DNA of 64,000 bases from Macrostomum hystrix (Eukaryota; Animalia; Platyhelminthes): NCBI GenBank assembly GCA_950097015.1, contig CATNEN010000007.1, forward strand, positions 7,564,001 through 7,628,000. The letters run 5' to 3'. Within the stretch, counting starts at the first letter, position 1. Every line of letters starts with the position of its first letter. Positions 1 through 11,192 of this stretch are shown here, in pieces. A model generated the notes under the pieces. The model was not told the origin of the DNA and searched no databases. It saw only the letters and a program-made list of their open reading frames with translations. The position numbers and the translations under genes are program-made.

Positions 1-55
1 TGAAGCGCATAAAATTGGTGTAGGCAGACTGCATGTTCGACTTTGTCTCTTTCAG

Positions 56-3000
56 ACCGCCCCAATCAGCAGCAGGGAGGCCAGGGGGACGGCCAACGAG
101 CCGCCACGTCGATCCAGACAGAATTTTATAGCCTTGCTGCTGCTGCTTCTGCTTGCGGCTTGTGGCTGCATCTGCTGCTATTGGCTGGACCTGCTGGATG
201 GCGGCGAGGCTGCCTACGGAATTGGTCACAAGCGTCGCTTTGGCACCTCCAGGTGAGCGGGGCTATGCACGTTGCTAATTACTGGACTTGATGCGTTAAG
301 GCTTCGTTGAATTATATTAGTGATTAGGAAGTGAGAGGACTGATAAGAGATTAGGAAGTGAGAGGAGTGGTAAGAGATTAGGAAGTGAGAGGGCTGATAA
401 GAGATTAGGAAGTGAGAGGACTGATAAGAGATTTGGAAGTGAGTGGAGTGATAAGAGATTTGGAAGTGAGAGGACTGATAAGAGATTTGGAAGTGAGAGG
501 ACTGATAAGAGATTAGGAAGTGAGAGGAGTGATAAGAGATTAGGAAGTGAGAGGACTGATAAGAGATTTGGAAGTGAGAGGACTGATAAGAGATTTGGAA
601 GTGAGAGGACTGATAAGAGATTTGGAAGTGAGAGGACTGATAAGAGATTTGGAAGTGAGAGGAGTGATAAGAGATTAGGAAGTGAGAGGACTGATAAGAG
701 ATTTGGAAGTGAGAGGACTGATAAGAGATTTGGAAGTGAGAGGACTGATAAGAGATTTGGAAGTGAGAGGAGTGATAAGAGATTTGGAAGTGAGAGGACT
801 GATAAGAGATTAGGAAGTGAGAGGACTGATAAGAGATTTGGAAGTGAGTGGAGTGATAAGAGTTTGGAAGTGAGAGGACTGATAAGAGATTTGGAAGTGA
901 GAGGACTGATAAGAGATTAGGAAGTGAGAGGAGTGATAAGAGATTTGGAAGTGAGTGGAGTGATAAGAGATTAGGAAGTGAGAGGAGTGATAAGAGATTA
1001 GGAAGTGAGAGGACTGATAAGAGATTTGGAAGTGAGTGGAGTGATAAGAGATTTGGAAGTGAGAGGACTGATAAGAGATTTGGAAGTGAGAGGACTGATA
1101 AGAGATTAGGAAGTGAGAGGAGTGATAAGAGATTAGGAAGTGAGAGGACTGATAAGAGATTAGGAAGTGAGAGGAGTGATAAGAGATTTGGAAGTGAGTG
1201 GAGTGATAAGAGATTAGGAAGTGAGAGGAGTGATAAGAGATTAGGAAGTGAGAGGACTGATAAGAGATTTGGAAGTGAGTGGAGTTATAAGAGATTAGGA
1301 AGTGAGAGGAGTGGTAAGAGATTAGGAAGTGAGAGGACTGATAAGAGATTTGGAAGTGAGTGGAGTGATAAGAGATTTGGAAGTGAGTGGAGTGATAAGA
1401 GATTAGGAAGTGAGAGGAGTGATAAGAGATTTGGAAGTGAGAGGACTGATAAGAGATTTGGAAGTGAGTGGAGTGATAAGAGATTAGGAAGTGAGAGGAC
1501 TGATAAGAGATTTGGAAGTGAGTGGACTGATAAGAGATTTGGAAGTGAGAGGAGTGATAAGAGATTTGGAAGTGAGAGGAGTGATAAGAGATTTGGAAGT
1601 GAGTGGAGTGATAAGAGATTTGGAAGTGAGAGGAGTGATAAGAGATTTGGAAGTGAGTGGAGTGATAAGAGATTTGGAAGTGAGTGGAGTGATAAGAGAT
1701 TTGGAAGTGAGTGGAGTGATAAGAGATTTGTAAGTGAGAGGAGTGATAAGAGATTTGGAAGTGAGTGGAGTGGTAAGTGATAAGAGATTTAGGCGAGATG
1801 TACAGTCAGTGGAATCCTGCCTACCCTGCCTCCCCAGGCTGCCCACCCTGCCCCCACAGTGGCATCTATTGCGTGGCGCATCAAACGGCTGCTGTTCTGC
1901 CAAGCAATGGCGAATTTAATGTCTACTACCAATGGAATTAACGAATGGTATTCCGTTTAGGCTAGGATTCGAATTCTAGACCTTATACGTATATTAAACA
2001 ACATCTCGAACGCCCAGACACCCGCCGCTGCCGGTGCCGGAGTCCGCCGACGGCTTCCTGCCGCCTGGCCGCTTCTACCGGGAGCACGTCAGCCAGCTGA
2101 GGCCGTTGGTGATGCGCGGTGCCGTCAAGCTGAGCCGCGCCTTCCGCCTCTGGGACGACGACTACTTTCTTGGTCTGCCGCTGGACCCGGCCAGCTCGCA
2201 GGTGCACATTGAAACCACCAAGAAGGAGAGCCGGCAGCAGACGACCTACAGGACTCCATTCCAGCAGTTCGTGCGCGCCTACAACTCCACCGGTCACTAC
2301 ATGGTGGCCAGCATGCCCCGCTTCCTGGCGCCCGACTTCCCCCTGCCCTGGAGCCTCCAGTGCCCGGACATTGCTGCGGCCATGGTGGAGGCCATCGTCT
2401 GGTTCAGCAGCGGCGGCACCAGCTCAGTGGTGCACACGGATGCTGTGGACAATGTCAACTGCGTGCTGCGCGGCAACAAGACCTTCGTCATGGTGGGTAG
2501 CCTTAGCTTCCCTGCCTACCCTGCCTCCTCAGGCTGCCTACCCTGTCTCCTCAGGCTGCCTACCCTGCCTCCTCAGGCTGCCTACCCTGTCTCCTCAGGC
2601 TGCCTACCCTGCCTCCTCAGGCTGCCTACCCTGCCTCCTCAGGCTGCCTACCCTGCCTCCTCAGGCTGCCTACCCTGTCTCCTCAGGCTGCCTACCCTGT
2701 CTCCTCAGGCTGCCTACCCTGTCTCCTCAGGCTGCCTACCCTGCCTCCTCAGGCTGCCTACCCTGCCTCCTCAGGCTGCCTACCCTGCCTCCTCAGGCTG
2801 CCTACCCTGCCTCCTCAGGCTGCCTACCCTGTCTCCTCAGGCTGCCTACCCTGCCTCCTCAGGCTGCCTACCCTGCCTCCTCAGGCTGCCTACCCTGCCT
2901 CCTCAGGCTGCCTACCCTGCCTCCTCAGGCTGCCTACCCTGCCTCCTCAGGCTGCCTACCCTGCCTCCTCAGGCTGCCTACCCTGCCTCCTCAGGCTGCC

Positions 3001-4586
3001 TACCCTGCCTCCTCAGGCTGCCTACCCTGCCTCCTCAGGCTGCCTACCCTGCCTCCTCAGGCTGCCTACCCTGCCTCCTAAGGATGACTTTTCAGGTTGT
3101 TAACCCTGCCTCCTCAGGAAAGAACTACTTCAGTCTACCTGAGATCTCCTAAGTTCCTAAAGTTCGCTGTCCACGAAAGTATAAAAGTACACCGAAATGC
3201 CTCCTCTCAGGTGGATCCGGCAGTGCACGGCCACCGAGTGCCAATAGACAGGCCGGAGGGCTCCTACTCCTCTATTGACGTCGACTCAGTGGACTTTCGC
3301 CTGTACCCTGGCGTGCGGGATGTGCAATTCTACATTGTCAAGCTGGTGGCCGGCGACTGCCTGTACATCCCCTTCAAATGGATCCACCAGGTGCGATCCT
3401 ACGGCCGCAACATCGCCGTGAACCTCTGGTTCGACACCGCCCTGGTGCGCGCCACCGACGACTGCAACGAGGAGCGGCCGGACCCGGCCTGGCTCATCGA
3501 CTCCAGCGGCTTCAAGGGATTCGACTATAGGCCGCCAGCTGAGCTCTTCGCCGAGCGGCTGCGCGAGGCCGGTGGCGGTCCGGCTAACTTCGACACAATG
3601 CTGGAGCGAGTTGTGCCTGTGAGTCCTTCTTGAGTCTCTGCTCACTCTCCTGTAGCCCAGAAATTAACAGATGTACAGGTTGAGCAGATGAACAGATGTA
3701 CAGGTTGAGCAGATGAACAGATGTACAGGTTGAAGAGATGTACACATTGAACAGATGAACAGGTTGAACAGATGAACAGGTTGAACAGATGTACAGATTG
3801 AGCAGATGTACAGATTGAGCAGATGTACAGATTGAGCAGATGTACAGATTGAGCAGATGTACAGATTGAGCAGATGTACAGATTGAACAGATGTACAGAT
3901 TGAACAGATGTACAGATTGAGCAGATGTACAGATTGAACAGATGTACAGATTGAACGGGCTTACAGATTGAACAGATGTACAGATTGAGCAGATGTACAG
4001 ATTGAACAGATGTACAGATTGAACAGATGTACAGGTTGAACAGATGTACAGATTGAACAGATGTACAGATTGAGCAGATGTACAGGCTGAACAGATTTAC
4101 GGGTATGACAGATGTACAGGTTGAACAGATTTACAGGTAGGACAGATGTACAGGTTGAACAGATTTACAGGTAGGACAGATGTACAGGTTGAACAGATGT
4201 GCGCAGCCTGTGGCGTTGCAATGCCAATGATAAATGCCCTACCCGATTATAATCAGATTGCATTGTTGCTCGAAAACTTTCAGGACCACGCCGAACTGAG
4301 GACCCGCTTTGGTGATCGATTTATCGACGAATTAAACATTGTAAGCCGTCAATTTGTATTGCGTATAATAGAAGCACTGCAGGCTTTACTTATCAGGTTG
4401 GTTCGATTTACCCATTCGCAGGTGTTCAAAGCCTTCGACGCCAACGGTGACTCCCTGGTTGACCTGGCCGAGATTGGCAGCCGGTCGTCCGACCAGCTCA
4501 GGCAGATCGACCGCAGCTTCCTGCAGTTCGACCGGACCATGCGGGAGATGCTGGACATTGTGGCCAAGGAGCGGGAAGAGCTCTGA
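56..4586 (+). CDS. JmjC/cupin-like 2OG-Fe(II) oxygenase with N-terminal membrane anchor, EF-hand and ER-retrieval-like C-terminus (5' end upstream of window)
   Basis: Exons 56-252, 2018-2492, 3211-3618, 4284-4340, 4422-4586, all GT-AG and phase-compatible (1302 nt). Hydrophobic FIALLLLLLLAACGCICCYW; JmjC motifs WFSSGGTSSVVHTD, NVNCVLRGNKTFVMVD, GDCLYIPFKWIHQVRS..NIAVNLWF (HxD...H); EF-hand loop DANGDSLVDLAE; ends KEREEL*. AATAAA at 4787-4792. Confidence 0.9.
322..1790. repeat. 27-bp minisatellite in JmjC intron 1
   Basis: Unit GATT(A/T)GGAAGTGAG(A/T)GGA(C/G)TGATAAGA in tandem. Confidence 0.97.
2511..3115. repeat. 22-bp minisatellite in JmjC intron 2
   Basis: Unit CCTGCCTCCTCAGGCTGCCTAC. Confidence 0.97.
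3667..4200. repeat. 18-bp minisatellite in JmjC intron 3
   Basis: Unit A(A/G)CAGATGTACAGATTGA. Confidence 0.95.
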
Positions 4587-4962
4587 CCTTTCCAACATTT
4601 TTTAGCTTTAACTATGAATTTTAGATAAAGTAGAATTTTCACGGGGCTCTGAATCTAGAAACTGAAGAGACGACTCCACGCCAAACCTCCGCTTTCCAAG
4701 TGTTCTCAAATGCTTTTGGTCAAGGCTAACTGACTGACTGTGTTACACAATTGTTCATGTAAATTATTTGTATGCCAATTGTATTAAATAAACAGGAAAT
4801 TCGGTTTTCTAGCTAAAATGTCTTATTCGATTCTATTTATTGTGTGGATGCTTGATGGCTTGAATCAGGTGATAAAATTATGTTTAAATTTAGAGTAAAT
4901 AAGCGAATTATGCTACTGCCAACTTCTATCCAGTAGTATATGATGAATTTGTCTCATTGCAG

Positions 4963-7900
4963 ACTCAAATCGCCGCCGAAAGCGACGAGAGCGAGTCGCC
5001 AGATGAGGCGCCGCTTCTACGTGGCCAGCAATCGGTTACTACCTCGACATCATCGGCGACGCCTGCAACTAACAACGGTAACGCCGACGAGTTGCCGCGC
5101 CGTCGACGGCGCCGTCGCCGACGTCGGAAGACAGCGAAGGCTTCAAAAAACGGCGATGCGGGTGAATCGTCGACAACGGCGACAGCTTCGGCATCGTCGC
5201 CGCCAATCGGTTCGCTGCCGCGCCTGGGCCGGCCGCCGAAGAGGTCGGCTGCCTCCTTGCTGCCAGCCCAGAGCGCGCGCCGGCTCGAATTCGACTCGGA
5301 CGGTGAGGCGCACGAAGTTGACGCGGACGCGCCATTCGGTGTCGAGTCGGCGCAACGACTCAGCGACCAACGGCACAGTTACAAGCGTCGCGGTTGCGTA
5401 GCAATTGGCGAGGTCGCCGAGACGTCGCAATCGCCGTCGCCGAAGCGTCGCCGCGTCTATTTCGGCGACGGCGACGACCGAGAAGCGGCTGAAAAACGAC
5501 GCCAGCTGACATACAACGAGGCTACGAGTTGTTCGGCGCTGCTGCAATGCAACGACGAGAATGCGCTGGCTCTTGACGGCAAGAACCTGCTGAGCCACCC
5601 GGACTGCCTGCCGTTTCGCGTTGCCATGGACTACGGCTGGCTCTACCAGCTTCCGGCTGCGGCTGCTCAGGGAAATGCTGCAAGTGCTCAGAGAAATGGC
5701 GTTGCTATTGCTGCAGCTAAGCCTGCGCAAGCTTTAGGAAGTGCATTTTCTGTCTACAAAGCTGCTACTAACACCGGAAGTGCAACCCAAGCTAAAGCTA
5801 GTCAATCGGCAGCCACCAATGCAGGAAGTGCAACTCAGACCAACAAATCTGCCGCTACCAATTCAGGAAGTGCAACTCAGACCAACAAATCTGCCGCTAC
5901 CAATTCAGGAAGTGCAACTCAGACCAACAAATCTGCCGCTACCAATGCAGGCAGTGCAACTCAAACCAACAAATCTGCCGCTACCAATGCAGGAATTGCA
6001 ACTCAGCCCAACAAATCTGCCGCCACCAATGCAGGCAGTGCAACTCAAACCAACAAATCTGCCGCTACCAATGCAGGCAGTGCAACTCAAACCAACAAAT
6101 CTGCCGCTACCAATGCAGGAATTGCAACTCAGCCCAACAAATCTGCCGCCACCAATGCAGGAAGTGCAACTCAAACCAACAAATCTGCCGCTACCAATGC
6201 AGGCAGTGCAACTCAAACCAACAAATCTGCCGCTACCAATGCAGGAATTGCAACTCAGCCCAACAAATCTGCCGCCACCAATGCAGGCAGTGCAACTCAA
6301 ACCAACAAATCTGCCGCTACCAATGAAGGCAGTGCAACTCAAACCAACAAATCTGCCGCTACCAATGCAGGCAGTGCAACTCAAACCAACAAATCTGCCG
6401 CTACCAATGCAGGAATTGCAACTCAGACCAACAAATCTGCCGCTACCAATGCAGGCAGTGCAACTCAAACCAACAAATCTGCCGCTACCAATGCAGGCAG
6501 TGCAACTCAAACCAACAAATCTGCCGCTACCAATGCAGGAATTGCAACTCAGACCAACAAATCTGCCGCTACCAATGCAGGCAGTGCAACTCAAACCAAC
6601 AAATCTGCCGCTACCAATGCAGGCAGTGCAACTCAAACCAACAAGTTTGCCGCTACCAACACCGGAAGTACAGCCCAAAGCAAAGAAACGAGCATCGCCA
6701 TAAGTACATTCAAAGGCGCATCAAATGGGGCCAACGTGGCCGGGTCCGCCTCTGATGCCCTACTCACTCTTGTCCAGTCGCTGAGTGCCGATAGTCAGCG
6801 CCAGTTTGCCAGAATTCACGCGCAGTTGGAGCGGCAGCAGCGACAGTTGAACCGCATCTGCTCCAGCTTGGAGGGTGTCCAGGCGCCGGCCTCATCACCA
6901 ACGACGGCTCGTCCTACTCCGAAGTCGCCGACGGCGTGCATTCGGCCGCGCCGTCAGCCCCCGCCACCTCCGCTCCCGCCGCCTCCACCCCCGGCCATAG
7001 ACTGGGAGGCGTACAGGGACTGCGCCAGCCAACCAATGCGCTACCTGCCGCTGAAGGTGCCAGACCAGCTGCAGCCTGGCGCTGTCCTTCTGTTTAAGGT
7101 GCGTGAGCTGTTATATATACCCTGGCCCGTTGCTATCGACTCGATTTGCTGGAGTAGATAACCGAATTCTTTGCTATGGATTTGAATGACTGAAGTATGA
7201 AAAGGAATTTCGTTGCTATGGACTCGATTGCTTGATTAGTGTAGAAACATTAATTCCGTTGCTATGGACTCGATTGCTTGATTAGTGTAGAAACATGAAT
7301 TCCATTGCTATGGACTCGATTGCTTGATTAGTGTTGAAACAGAATTCCGTTGCTATGGACTCGATTGCTTGATTAGTGTAGAAACATGAATTCCATTGCT
7401 ATGGACTCGATTGCTTGATTAGTGTTGAAACAGAATTCCGTTGCTATGGACTCGATTGCTTGATTAGTGTTGAAACAGAATTCCGTTGCTATGGACTCGA
7501 TTGCTTGATTAGTGTTGAAACAGAATTCTGTTGCTATGGACTCGATTGCTTGATTAGTGTTGAAACAGAATTCCGTTGCTATGGACTCAATTGCTTGATT
7601 AGTGTAGAAACATGAATTCCATTGCTATGGACTCGATTGCTTGATTAGTGTTGAAACAGAATTCTGTTGCTATGGACTCGATTGCTTGATTAGTGTTGAA
7701 ACAGAATTCTGTTGCTATGGACTCGATTGCTTGATTAGTGTTGAAACAGAATTCCGTTGCTATGGACTCGATTGCTTGATTCGATTAGAAACGTGAATTC
7801 CGCTGCTATGGACTCGATTGCTTGATTAGTGTAGAAACATGAATTCCGTTGCTATGGACTCGATTGCTTGATTAGTGTTGAAACAGAATTCCGTTGCTAT

Positions 7901-8603
7901 GGACTCGATTGCTTGATTAGTGTTGAAACAGAATTCCGTTGCTATGGACTCGATTGCTTGATTAGTGTTGAAACAGAATTCCGTTGCTATGGACTCGATT
8001 GCTTGATTCGATTAGAAACGTGAATTCCGTTGCTATGGACTCGATTGCTTGATTAGTGTAGAAACATGAATTCCGTTGCTATGGACTCGATTGCTTGATT
8101 AGTGTTGAAACAGAATTCCGTTGCTATGGACTCGATTGCTTGATTAGTGTTGAAACAGAATTCCGTTGCTATGGACTCGATTGCTTGATTAGTGTTGAAA
8201 CAGAATTCCGTTGCTATGGACTCGATTGCTTTAGGTAAAAAATGATCCCGTTGCTACCAACTCAATAGACTGACTGGAGTGGCAAAAATAATGTCAGGCT
8301 GCTAGGTATTTTAATCATTTATGGCACGGCAGTGATTTTTTGTTTCCATGGACTCAAGTTGACCTCAATTCAATCGATTTGCAGACCGCCGCACTTTCCG
8401 CCGCCTCCTCAGCGGACTGGGCAGCGCAGACACCGCTCTCCGCCTCCGTGTCCGCCTACGCCGTCGCCTGCGTGGCCGCCTTTGATCGGCGCCGACGTCG
8501 AGTCTACCTGCAGGTCGGCGGGCCCGGCCCGGCGCTGTCGCTGCACCTGAGCGCCCTGCTCCAGCCCCGACTTGTGGCTGAGGCGCCGGCAATAGAGAAA
8601 TGA
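4963..8603 (+). CDS. Low-complexity nuclear-type protein with C-terminal coilin-like Tudor domain
   Basis: Exons 4963-7098 (TTGCAG acceptor; AAG|GTGCGT donor) and 8385-8603, phase 0. The joined C-terminus YLPLKVPDQLQPGAVLLFK|...SVSAYAVACVAAFDRRRRRVYLQV...LHLSALLQPRLV resembles the coilin C-terminal domain (PQVGEKIAFK...VSDYKEG...WKELIDPRLI). Basic NLS-like runs RRRRRRRRRK and SPKRRR. Start codon uncertain. Confidence 0.6.
5808..6660 (+). repeat. 42-bp coding tandem repeat (SAATNAGSATQTNK, ~20 copies)
   Basis: In-frame repeat within the large exon of the coilin-like gene. Confidence 0.95.
7205..8232. repeat. 45-bp minisatellite in intron of coilin-like gene
   Basis: Unit GAATTCCGTTGCTATGGACTCGATTGCTTGATTAGTGTTGAAACA. 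Confidence 0.97.
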
Positions 8604-8919
8604 GAGAATTTCGATCGCTGATTTATCCGTTAAACTGCGGTGCTGGGCTGACTGGACTAATCTGCTAATCTTGATCGAGTTATTTACCTTAGCAAAAACC
8701 AATGCTGGTTGAGTTTTATTGATCAGTTGATTAATCTCTTAGACCGATTAGGTACAGTATAGTATAGAATTCAGCTAAAATTATTTTTATTATTCAACAA
8801 ACTTTTATCAATCAACTTTATTTATTTGATTGGTTGGCTTAATTTAGGGATCTACTTGATAACTTCTGTTTGATCGGTTGGCAATGTAGATTAATAATAT
8901 AGCTGATTAATTGAGCTTG

Positions 8920-9230
8920 TTTGATCGTTTGATACAGCTGATCTTTTGATCTAGTTGATTGTTTGATATACTTGATGGTTTGATCTTGCTGATTAATTTA
9001 TCTAGTTGATTGTTTGATCTAATTGATTGTTTGATCTAGCTGATTAATTGATCTAATTGATTGTTTGATCTAGCTGATTAATTGATCTAATTGATTGTTT
9101 GATCTAGCTGATCGTTTGATTAATGTAGTTAATGAATTGATCTAATTGATTGTTTGATCTAGCTGATCGTTTGATTAATGTAGTTAATGAATTGATCTAG
9201 TTGGTTGATTGAACTGGTAAATCGAATTCT
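8920..9230. repeat. Degenerate AT-rich ~18-bp tandem repeat
   Basis: Recurrent TTTGATCTAGCTGAT / TTGATCTAATTGATTG units. Confidence 0.75.
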
Positions 9231-9854
9231 ATTTTTGTCTATAATCAGATCTATCAATAATTTTTAGTTTCTAGTTGAACCTGGTTAATTAATTGATCAT
9301 TCGGTTGCTAAATTTCCATTTATTTCTCACCATTGCTTGAACTGGCAATGATACCAGAAGTGCTTTTCACTGCACACAGTTCTGCTGCACAATTGTGCTG
9401 ACTAAACAAATACACACCGTGTGCCGGCCTCGGTAACAGCCGTTGGCGCTTCTCTGGCTGAAGGCGGGTTTTGCATTTAACATTTTCCTGCTTCTTGTCA
9501 AACTGACCTGGGGGTGGTTCTGCTTCGATTGTTTTAATTTGTCCTACAGATAGACTTTATCTCGACCAGGTGTTAAAAAATTTCTCCGTAAATCATCGGT
9601 CAGCGAAAATTGATACGCTCAGAATTTCTAACTACTCAAATGTACTCACATGTTTGCTTAGAAATTTAAGCATAGAAATTGGACTTGTTGGCTGACTCTG
9701 CAACTGTGGAACAGTGTGTTTACACTGTGCGCTGAGAACTCTAAAGGGCGTTTCGTCCGCTGGTCTTGGAATAATTTTTTCTTGAAGTGTCGCATTGCAG
9801 TTGGTTCAGTTTGAGCATAAGTGGCAATATTAGAGCAATATGTGCTTTGCTTTT

Positions 9855-10560
9855 GAATGAGTTTGTAGATAGGGTCTGTTGCAATCGAATGAGTTTGTAG
9901 ATAGGGTCTGTTGCAATCGAATGAGTTTGTAGGTAGGGTCTGTTGCAATCGAATGAGTTTGTAGATAGGGTCTGTTGCAATCGAATGCGTTTGTAGATAG
10001 GGTCTGTTGCAATCGAATGCGTTTGTAGGTAGGGTCTGTTGCAATCGAATGCGTTTGTAGGTAGGGTCTGTTGCAATCGAATGCGTTTGTAGGTAGGGTC
10101 TGTTGCAATCGAGTGGGTTTGTAGGTAGGGTCTGTTGCAATCGAATGAGTTTGTAGATAGGGTCTGTTGCAATCGAATGAGTTTGTAGATAGGGTCTGTT
10201 GCAATCGAATGCGTTTGTAGGTAGGGTCTGTTGCAATCGAATGAGTTTGTAGATAGGGTCTGTTGCAATCGAATGAGTTTGTAGATAGGGTCTGTTGCAA
10301 TCGAATGAGTTTGTAGATAGGGTCTGTTGCAATCGAATGCGTTTGTAGGTAGGGTCTGTTGCAATCGAATGCGTTTGTAGGTAGGGTCTGTTGCAATCGA
10401 ATGCGTTTGTAGGTAGGGTCTGTTGCAATCGAATGCGTTTGTAGGTAGGGTCTGTTGCAATCGAGTGGGTTTTTAGGTAGGGTCCGTTGCAATCGAATGC
10501 GTTTGTAGGTAGGGTCTGTTGCAATCGAGTGGGTTTGTAGATAGGGTCTGTTGCAATCGA
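9855..10560. repeat. 32-bp minisatellite
   Basis: Unit GAATG(A/C)GTTTGTAG(A/G)TAGGGTCTGTTGCAATC. Confidence 0.97.
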
Positions 10561-10919
10561 CCTTGTTGCGTCTTTTGAAATTAGTCTTTCAATTAAAAAG
10601 CCTTACCTGAAAACACTGGAGTAGTTGATGTTGATAGGATGCTGTACTGAGTGATTGGTAAAAATTTACCTTGAATTAAAAGTGACTGCTTTCTAAGCAA
10701 TGTCCTTGAAAATCCTGCAGCAGCGTTTGCTTTAACTCAACTTTCTTTTCTAATCCTACCAAAATGTTATCGTGTTGTGTTGAATTTGAAAAAGCAATTT
10801 TTGTCACCGTCGAGTGGCTTTATGGATTAGAACTGGACTGCAGACTGGAGGTAGCTTTGGTCTGTGGCCCGTTTGAATTCAAATTTCAGTTACTCGTACG
10901 CTCGTCCATGAAATTGTAG

Positions 10920-11172
10920 GAGCTGCTGGAGCTGGCTTTGGAATCGCAGCAGGAGCTAGCTTTGGAATCGCAGCAAGAGCTAGCTTTGGAATCGCAGCAG
11001 GATCTAGCTTCGGAATCGCAGCAGGAGCTGGCTTTGGAATCGCAGCAGGAGCTAGCTTTGGAATCGCAGCAGGAGCTGCCGGAGCTAGCTTTGGAATCGC
11101 AGCAGGAGCTGCCGGAGCTAGCTTTGGAATCGCAGCAGGATCTGACGGAGCTATCTCCTGCTTTGAATCGCA
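10920..11172. repeat. 24/33-bp minisatellite
   Basis: Unit GGAGCT(A/G)GCTTTGGAATCGCAGCA with optional GGAGCTGCC. Confidence 0.9.
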
Positions 11173-11192
11173 GTAGTAGATAACATGTACGT

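Noticed and set aside
2493-3152. Repeat-encoded C-terminal half of the 372-aa ORF
   Set aside because: It is intron 2 of the JmjC gene; splicing 2492>3211 restores the continuous JmjC domain.
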